A stretch of 64,000 nucleotides of DNA from Lingula anatina (taxonomy: Eukaryota; Animalia; Brachiopoda): contig CM120644.1 of NCBI GenBank assembly GCA_051362555.1, positions 70,954 through 134,953 of the forward strand, in the 5' to 3' direction. Each line of letters opens with the position of its first letter. The stretch's first letter is position 1. Made by a program: the position numbers and the translations under genes. The notes beneath the pieces are model-generated. The model made no database searches. It worked only from the letters and a program-made list of their open reading frames with translations, and was not told the origin of the DNA. This document shows positions 51,131-64,000 of this stretch, piece after piece.

Positions 51131-52893
51131 TCCTGGTTTTATTTTAAAAACTGTACAGTTCTTGATTAGCTAGGTCATTTTGTTTCAGGGATTTTGTTTG
51201 ATGAACACCAACTGTCCCGCACTGAATGGACAAATATTTTTCATTGGGAATTATTTGGAGTTGAGAAAAATTACCTCATTTATCGGAAGAGCAAGATGCG
51301 CTTTTGTGTTGAACTCTCTCCTTTCTCATCAATGCAAAGTTACAAAGTCTAACACTAAAATCGTTATCAAACATGACCTTTAAACAATTTTATAAGTTTG
51401 ATTTATTATTTCAATTATCATTCAGTCCGACAGATAAAAAAATATATCTTGCTCAAAAATAAAGACCGCTTAATTTTATTCATTGTTATACAAGGAGTTA
51501 CAACAGTTACTGTTGTAACTCCTTGGTTATGTATATATTTTTTTTTCTACTTGTGAAAGAAATTTTTGAATGTACCTGTATGTAAATGAAGAGAAGCATT
51601 TTCAATTTGGTGACATGAAAAAGTAGTTGTACCTCAAGTCACAATAATATTCCCTTCATGTACCACAACTAAAAATCCCAATAATAAATGTCCCACAATT
51701 AAGACACCTTCCTAAGGGGATGAGGGTATCTTCGCAGTAGGTGGACATTGGAGTGATAATAATAGGGTGAGGCTGTTTGAAAAATCTATTATTGTATAAA
51801 TCAGAGAATTCATTTAACTGTGTCAAGTGTTTTTACTACCTTCATCCTAGCTTTTTGGGTGATCCTTTGAGTCTCTTTTTTTTGTGATTTAAACACAAAA
51901 CCAACCCAACTTATTTTTATTTATCTCTTGGACATTATATGTTATTGTTTTAGTTAAACCGTTTTTGACACAGTGAGTTTATCTTTCTTTCCGAGTTGAC
52001 TCTCACCATATCTCTTTGAAAATCAAAGTAAAGTGAGAATGTCCTTAGCCCACACTTGGGTGTTTTTCACATTTTACTTCATCTTCTCTCCAGCATCAAC
52101 TTCCAGGTTGTATGTCATAATGTGATTCAAAGTTGTGTGAAGATGGCAGAGGGGTGGCAAGTTTTACCAGCTGATTATTGTTTCTCATATTTATTCATGC
52201 ATCTCATACATCTTTTAAAACTGATAAAAAGTATGACTTGTTACAAAAGTTAAATGAGAAATGTTTTAGTTTTATGTGTTTAACATCTTACACTCTGTCT
52301 CTTTATTTGGAACCATACATCGTGATACATTCATGGAAGCAATTATTTATACAAGTTCCAAAGTTTTACATGGCAACATCTTCCCAAGAGGCACATATTA
52401 CTGACAGAAAATAAGGTGATTTCAGTCATTTTTAGTATTAGACAAGATGCAGTTGAATGGTTTAATCACATTTTTCTCAAACAAAAAACGCTACAAAATG
52501 GTCATGACCTTTTTTGTTCACTCTACTAAATGTAAACTAAATGTAACATTTTCAGTCTCTCTCCATTCTATAAACAGAATAAGGCAGACATTTTAATCTT
52601 CAGAACAGATAACCATTACATTCTGAATATTGATGAAATTACTGGTAAAAAATGTCTTCTCACTGCATCATCCACAGGCAGTACATAATGTAAACAAACA
52701 GAAACAACCATCATTTCTCACATGGTAAGTATCAGTTTAAGAGAACATGCACTAGGTCCATGTCTTCCAGTGAACTCTATAACAGTTTTCTAGACAAGGA
52801 CGTCCATTTCTCTTTTCTGCCACCTCTTAACTCTTTGTAAATCCAATCCTGTTTCTGTCTACAGTCTTGTATGATCTGTCTGTTTTTTTATCT

Positions 52894-63904
<11,011 letters not shown>

Positions 63905-64000
63905 CTGACAGTTAACAAAATTTATACATTAGAAAATTGCAATTAAAACCGCTTTCCTCCAGTTTACACCCATGAAACTTCACAATATTTATTAAGTAAC

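Overview
AT-rich, intron-rich animal genomic DNA. An invertebrate (lophotrochozoan/mollusc-like) source is a guess from repeat style only. Three minus-strand protein-coding genes were reconstructed by hand from GT-AG exons with consistent phases. (1) <1-23570: a secreted protein with signal peptide, duplicated K/E-rich linker exon, C-type lectin domain and one giant intronless exon (>16.1 kb, running off the left edge). That exon encodes one unique EGF plus about 130 essentially identical 41-aa calcium-binding EGF repeats (123-bp unit). (2) 38081-51130: a complete 13-exon ceramide kinase/CERKL-family gene. (3) 52894->63904: the 3' 15 exons of PRP40/PRPF40A (FF domains, RS-rich tail). Between genes lie decayed LINE and Tc1 remnants and several MITE/foldback elements. 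The most striking patterns are the homogeneous polyanionic cbEGF array and a recurrent tendency of intronic tandem repeats to be built from the genes' own splice junctions. These repeats produce arrays of duplicate donors, acceptors and exon heads, one of them a stop-free in-frame 78-bp array of alternative acceptors.
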